From Myxococcota bacterium (GTDB lineage: Bacteria > Myxococcota_A > Polyangia > Nannocystales > Nannocystaceae), in the NCBI GenBank assembly GCA_039028615.1, contig JBCCHT010000019.1, positions 128,001 to 192,000 on the forward strand: 64,000 bases of DNA. Reading direction: 5' to 3'. Positions 59,735 to 64,000 of the stretch are shown here, one piece after another; position 1 is the stretch's first letter, and the number at the start of each line of letters is the position of its first letter. The position numbers were made by a program, and so were the translations under genes. Under the pieces are notes generated by a model that worked only from the letters and a program-made list of their open reading frames with translations, ran no database searches and was not told where the DNA came from.

Positions 59735-60493
59735 ATGAAGCACTACCACGCTCTTTTCATTGCACTTGCCGTGAGCGGCGGATGTACGGCCGAACCGGCG
59801 GGTCCCGAGGACCTGCGGGATCTCGAAGTCGACGCCACGGGCACGGTCGACCTCATCGACGACCTCGACGAGCTCGATGAAGACACGCCCGAAGCCCCGA
59901 TGGAGGCGGCGGACGAGCTCTCCGACGAAACACGAGCCGTCGCGGGCGACTTCAACCTCCAGGCGCACCTGCAGGGCGGCGGAGACTGGGCCCTCATCTC
60001 GTGGGAGACGCCCCAGCACTACAACCACACCATTTGCTGGAAAGAAGCCGACGAGCCCGGCCGGCCCTGTACCCACAACCAGGTGCCGATCCACTCGAGT
60101 GACCCGAACTACCTTCCCGATACCGAAACGCGGCTGTGGGGGTTTTACGATCTCGAATGCGACACCGAGTACATGCTCCGGGTCAAGCGCAGCTTGCTGA
60201 ACTACGACACGATCACGTTCAGCACGCCGGAGTGCACCTGCGAGCCCGAGGAGCACTGCCCCTATGGCGGTTGGTTCGACGGCGCGAACTGTAGCTTCGG
60301 TGAGGCCCCCGCGGGCACCACCGCCTTCGTCTACGCGGGCAGCTACTACCATACGCCACGCCCGTCGTGGCCCTTCTGCCCGATCTCCGGCTCGACCTTC
60401 GACACCGTCAACTGCCGAGTGCGACCGGTGCCCGCCGGAGCCAACCCGTTCATCAATGCCAACCATTGGTACTACTCGTCGGAGTGCGAGTAG
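59735..60493 (+). CDS. Lipoprotein with FN3-like domain and duplicated Cys motif
   Basis: GAGG RBS; SGGC lipobox; LECDTEY.LRV; two CP..G..FD..NC.....PAG...F.....YY repeats. Confidence 0.72.
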   Translation: MKHYHALFIALAVSGGCTAEPAGPEDLRDLEVDATGTVDLIDDLDELDEDTPEAPMEAADELSDETRAVAGDFNLQAHLQGGGDWALISWETPQHYNHTICWKEADEPGRPCTHNQVPIHSSDPNYLPDTETRLWGFYDLECDTEYMLRVKRSLLNYDTITFSTPECTCEPEEHCPYGGWFDGANCSFGEAPAGTTAFVYAGSYYHTPRPSWPFCPISGSTFDTVNCRVRPVPAGANPFINANHWYYSSECE

Positions 60494-60888
60494 GCCCGCG
60501 CTGACGCGCACGTGAGCGCGGCGTCATGATGAACGCCGACGCGACGGGGACCGCCGGAGCCAACACGAGCGACGGTGGTCCCCGTGATCGCGCGCGCACA
60601 CGTCTACCGTGCAGTAATTGCTGCGCATCATTGTCGGCGTCTTTGCGCGTGGTCCCGACGGCCAGCGTCGACATGGGTAGAGCCCATCCTCGGACCGCAT
60701 GGTTGTCGATCCGGTGAACTGCGTCATTGCCCCGAGAAAACGCGTATCCATGACGCAATGGCCCATCGAGGACCTGCCCGACATCAAGCGTGGAGCAACG
60801 GATCGTTCGACTCGATCCGTGACTTTTCCATCGATGTGGAGATTTTTCCGAACTGTAAGGACTGTTCGATCCGCGGAAAGACCCGACC

Positions 60889-62106
60889 GTGGATGCACGG
60901 ACGATCGTCACTGCGGGCCTGCTTTGCCTCACCGGGGCTTGCCAGTATCAGCTCGCCGACAATGGACCCGGCTGGGGCACGGATGCCGTCGACGACGGCA
61001 CCGAGCCCACGTCCGCGGGCGAGACCGACGATGCGCTCGACTCCAGTGACGACGACGGCGACGACGGGCTGAAGCTCGACGTCGGAGACGGCCAAGGAGG
61101 TGGCGCCGACGATGGAGGCGGCAACCACTATTGCGACGACGTCATCCCCACGCCGGTCTCCTGCGACTCGCAGGACGACGACCCGCTGCACGCCATTGGA
61201 GTCAATTGCGACGAAGACGACGGAGTGCTCGCCGACGGCGGATTCACGGGCAACGACCAGGCCCTGATGGTGCTGGCGGGCACGCTGGGCAACGACACGT
61301 ACCCGCCCCAAGAGGGCAACAAGGTCATCGTGTTGTCGACCGGTGTCGCCAGTCAGATCACCGCGACCCCGGCCGAGCTGGCCGCGCTGGCTCCCGAGTG
61401 CGAGGCCTTCGATGGCGTGGCAGCCGACTGCCCGTCGACCGAGCTTCCCGGCTTCGACTACCAGGACTTGCCCGCGCCGCTGGACGTGAACCCGGTCGAC
61501 CCGACCATGGCCAGCGACTGCAACGACGACCCCGGTCTCATCGCCAGCGGAGACTGCTCCAACACCCTGTGGGACCAGTGGCAGGCAGCCGGAGGCGGCA
61601 TGCCCGGGATCCCCGGCGAACCCGGCCTGGGAGTGTCCACCGCCAACGACTACGCCGAGGTTCGCCTGGACATCAGCGTCCCCGCCGACAAGCACGGGCT
61701 CGGCTTCGACTTCGCGTTCATGTCGGTCGAATACCCCAACTACTACCAGTCATCGTTCAACGACATGTTCGTGGCCTGGGCCGAGTCGGAGCACTGGACG
61801 GGCAACATCTCGTTCGATGAAGAGGGCAGCCCGATCACCGTCAATGCCGGGTTCCTCGACTACAAAGACGCGCCCAACACCTACGACTGTGCCGATTGCA
61901 CTGCGCCCGAGCTGCACGACTTTGCGATGCAGGGCCATGGCGGCACGAAGTGGCTCACCAGCAGCACCGAGGTCGAGCCGGGCGAAGACATGACCCTGAT
62001 CTTCGCCGTCTTCGACCTCAGCGACGGGATCTTGGACTCGCTGGTCCTGCTCGACAACGTGCGGTGGACCTGCGGCGGTCCTCCCTCGACCACACCGGTC
62101 GGTTGA
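60889..62106 (+). CDS. Choice-of-anchor L domain lipoprotein
   Basis: TGAC lipobox; VLSTG; FDFAFMSVEYP..Y.SSFND.F; FAVFDLSDGILDS.VLLD. Confidence 0.8.
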   Translation: MDARTIVTAGLLCLTGACQYQLADNGPGWGTDAVDDGTEPTSAGETDDALDSSDDDGDDGLKLDVGDGQGGGADDGGGNHYCDDVIPTPVSCDSQDDDPLHAIGVNCDEDDGVLADGGFTGNDQALMVLAGTLGNDTYPPQEGNKVIVLSTGVASQITATPAELAALAPECEAFDGVAADCPSTELPGFDYQDLPAPLDVNPVDPTMASDCNDDPGLIASGDCSNTLWDQWQAAGGGMPGIPGEPGLGVSTANDYAEVRLDISVPADKHGLGFDFAFMSVEYPNYYQSSFNDMFVAWAESEHWTGNISFDEEGSPITVNAGFLDYKDAPNTYDCADCTAPELHDFAMQGHGGTKWLTSSTEVEPGEDMTLIFAVFDLSDGILDSLVLLDNVRWTCGGPPSTTPVG

Positions 62107-62300
62107 TTTTTCCACGGGGTGCCCTCTCATCCAACCAATCCGCATCCAACTCCCCCCGAGGGGGCACCCCGCGGATCTCTTTTCCTTCACCAAGTGCATT
62201 GGGGGCAATGCGCTGGTCCAGTCACCGTCGGGCTCGATGCGCCCGACGGTGGCCGGACACTCTTTCCTTCCTCGAAAACCAGTAGCTCCAAAGGACCGTC

Positions 62301-63734
62301 ATGGATCGTACTCGCCTTCGAATCTTCACCACCCTCGCCGCGGCCGGCTTCGCTCTCGTACCCCTGGTCTCGCAGGCAGCCGTGCCCGAGGCCGTGCCGG
62401 ATACCGACGATCCGACGCCCATCTTCGGTGGCGACGACGTGCAGTCCTGCGGCTGGCCGACCACCGTGTCGATGCAGGGCGAGTGTACGGGCACCCTGGT
62501 GCACCCCCAGCTGGTCATCTACGCCGCGCACTGCGGCACCAACTACAGCAGCGTCGAGTTCGGCGAGCAGATTACCCCGGGCCACGCCCGCTCGGTGCCC
62601 ACCGAGCGCTGCGAGGCCTATCCCTCGTTCGAGCTGGGCGCAGGCACCGACTGGGCGTTCTGCGTCCTGCAAGAACCCCAAAACGACATCGCCATCACCC
62701 CGCCGCTGATGGGCTGCGAGGTCGACGTGCTCCAGCCCGGCACCGAGGTCACCATCGTGGGCTACGGCCAGTCCGAGAACGGGTACGGCGACAAGAAAGA
62801 GGTCACCACGCAGTTCAACCAGTTCGAGGGCAACGAGGCGTTCATCGGCGGCGGCGGCGAAGACTCCTGCGGCGGCGACTCGGGCGGTCCGGTCTACGTC
62901 CGCATGCCCGACGGCGGTAGCTGGCGCGCCTTCGGCATCACCTCCTACGGCTCCGAGTGTGGCTCGGGCGGCTACTACTCGCTGATGCACACGGGCATGG
63001 ATTGGTTCGAGACCCAGTCCGGCATCGACCTGACCCCGTGCCACGACGCCCAAGGCAATTGGGATCCAACGCCCGACTGCACCGGCTTTCCCATGGCCCC
63101 CGGCACCTCCGGCGGCAGCTGGAACGACGGCTGTGCCCCCGGCGACCTCAGCGGTCCCGAGAGCACCTGCGGCGCGCCCTTCGACACCTCGAGCGACATG
63201 GACCCGCCGATCGTCACGTTCGTCAGCCCCGCCGACGAGGCGCGCTTCGACAGCGATCCGGGCAGCGGCACCGCCTCCGTGATGGTGGAGATCAGCGCCG
63301 ACGACGGCGACGGCTTCGGCGTCGACACGGTGGAGCTGCTCGTGGACGGGATGAGCATCGACGGCGGCGTCTCCCAGTCCGCGCCGCATACCTACACCCT
63401 CAGCCTTCCCCCCGGAGCCTACGCTCTGGACGCGATCGCGGTGGATCAGGCGGGCAACGAAGGCGAGGCCGAGACCCTCTATATCGGGGTCGACATGGAC
63501 GCCGAGCCCTCCGGTGACGAAGGGTCTGGCGATGGCGTGGAGACGGCCGACGGCACCGCCGGCGACGATCTTCCCGGAGGGACCGCCGGCGACGACGGGG
63601 CGAGCTCGGGCGAGACCGCGGGTGGAGTCGATGGCGGCGATGATGGCTGTGGATGTCGTTCCGCCAGCCCCAGTCCGTGGTCGGCGATGTTCGGCCTCTT
63701 CGGTCTGATGGCGTTGCGTCGACGTCGTCGGTAG
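62301..63734 (+). CDS. Trypsin-like (S1) serine protease with Ig-like domain and MYXO-CTERM sorting signal
   Basis: IFGG; CTGTL...YAAHC; DWA; DSCGGDSGGP; C-terminal GCGC...hydrophobic...RRRRR. Confidence 0.93.
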   Translation: MDRTRLRIFTTLAAAGFALVPLVSQAAVPEAVPDTDDPTPIFGGDDVQSCGWPTTVSMQGECTGTLVHPQLVIYAAHCGTNYSSVEFGEQITPGHARSVPTERCEAYPSFELGAGTDWAFCVLQEPQNDIAITPPLMGCEVDVLQPGTEVTIVGYGQSENGYGDKKEVTTQFNQFEGNEAFIGGGGEDSCGGDSGGPVYVRMPDGGSWRAFGITSYGSECGSGGYYSLMHTGMDWFETQSGIDLTPCHDAQGNWDPTPDCTGFPMAPGTSGGSWNDGCAPGDLSGPESTCGAPFDTSSDMDPPIVTFVSPADEARFDSDPGSGTASVMVEISADDGDGFGVDTVELLVDGMSIDGGVSQSAPHTYTLSLPPGAYALDAIAVDQAGNEGEAETLYIGVDMDAEPSGDEGSGDGVETADGTAGDDLPGGTAGDDGASSGETAGGVDGGDDGCGCRSASPSPWSAMFGLFGLMALRRRRR

Positions 63735-64000
63735 ACGCTGACAACCAAAGTGCGAGCGCGTGTTCGCAGGTCACCACCTGCAGACACGCGCTCGTTTCGA
63801 TTCCGGCATCGTTCGATCCGCTCGATGCAACGAAGCGCAGGGGATACGCCCACCGGGCAATCCCGGACACGAGGAGAACGCGCAAATCGAATTGGAAGAC
63901 TTGGGGTTCGTGAGTTCAGTTACCTCCTCACAAACCGGATTTTGTTAGGGTCGGCAACGAACATGAGCAGCCTTGTAGGGAATGAAGGATTGGCAGTGTC

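Overview
Very GC-rich bacterial chromosome segment with a myxobacterial (Nannocystales-like) signature: a MYXO-CTERM protease, Cys-rich lipoproteins and Ser/Thr kinase-TPR fusions. Housekeeping genes (argS, thiolase, metK, hisD-hisC, map, bcp) are mixed with a complete but rearranged ebo cluster (eboABCDEF plus DedA/VTT and GAF genes), a split ArsA/Get3-like ATPase pair, an ECF sigma module, orphan contractile-injection parts (DUF4123 adaptor, tail sheath), a stand-alone SIR2-family gene and a run of secreted proteases and lipoproteins. Three signals are missed by the ORF track. (1) A signal-peptide-bearing outer-membrane-like gene (38802-39869) has two in-frame TGAs forming U-x-x-U followed by a SECIS-like hairpin, and is coupled to an HMA-thioredoxin lipoprotein. 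(2) A second candidate selenoprotein (9061-9525) has the T6SS-associated PFCEEC motif as PFCEE-TGA, with the same hairpin geometry. (3) A ~650-nt, lower-GC, extensively base-paired minus-strand region (about 27698-28343) with a tRNA-like 3' domain lies convergent with the SIR2 gene. All calls come from reading motifs by eye; no searches were run.
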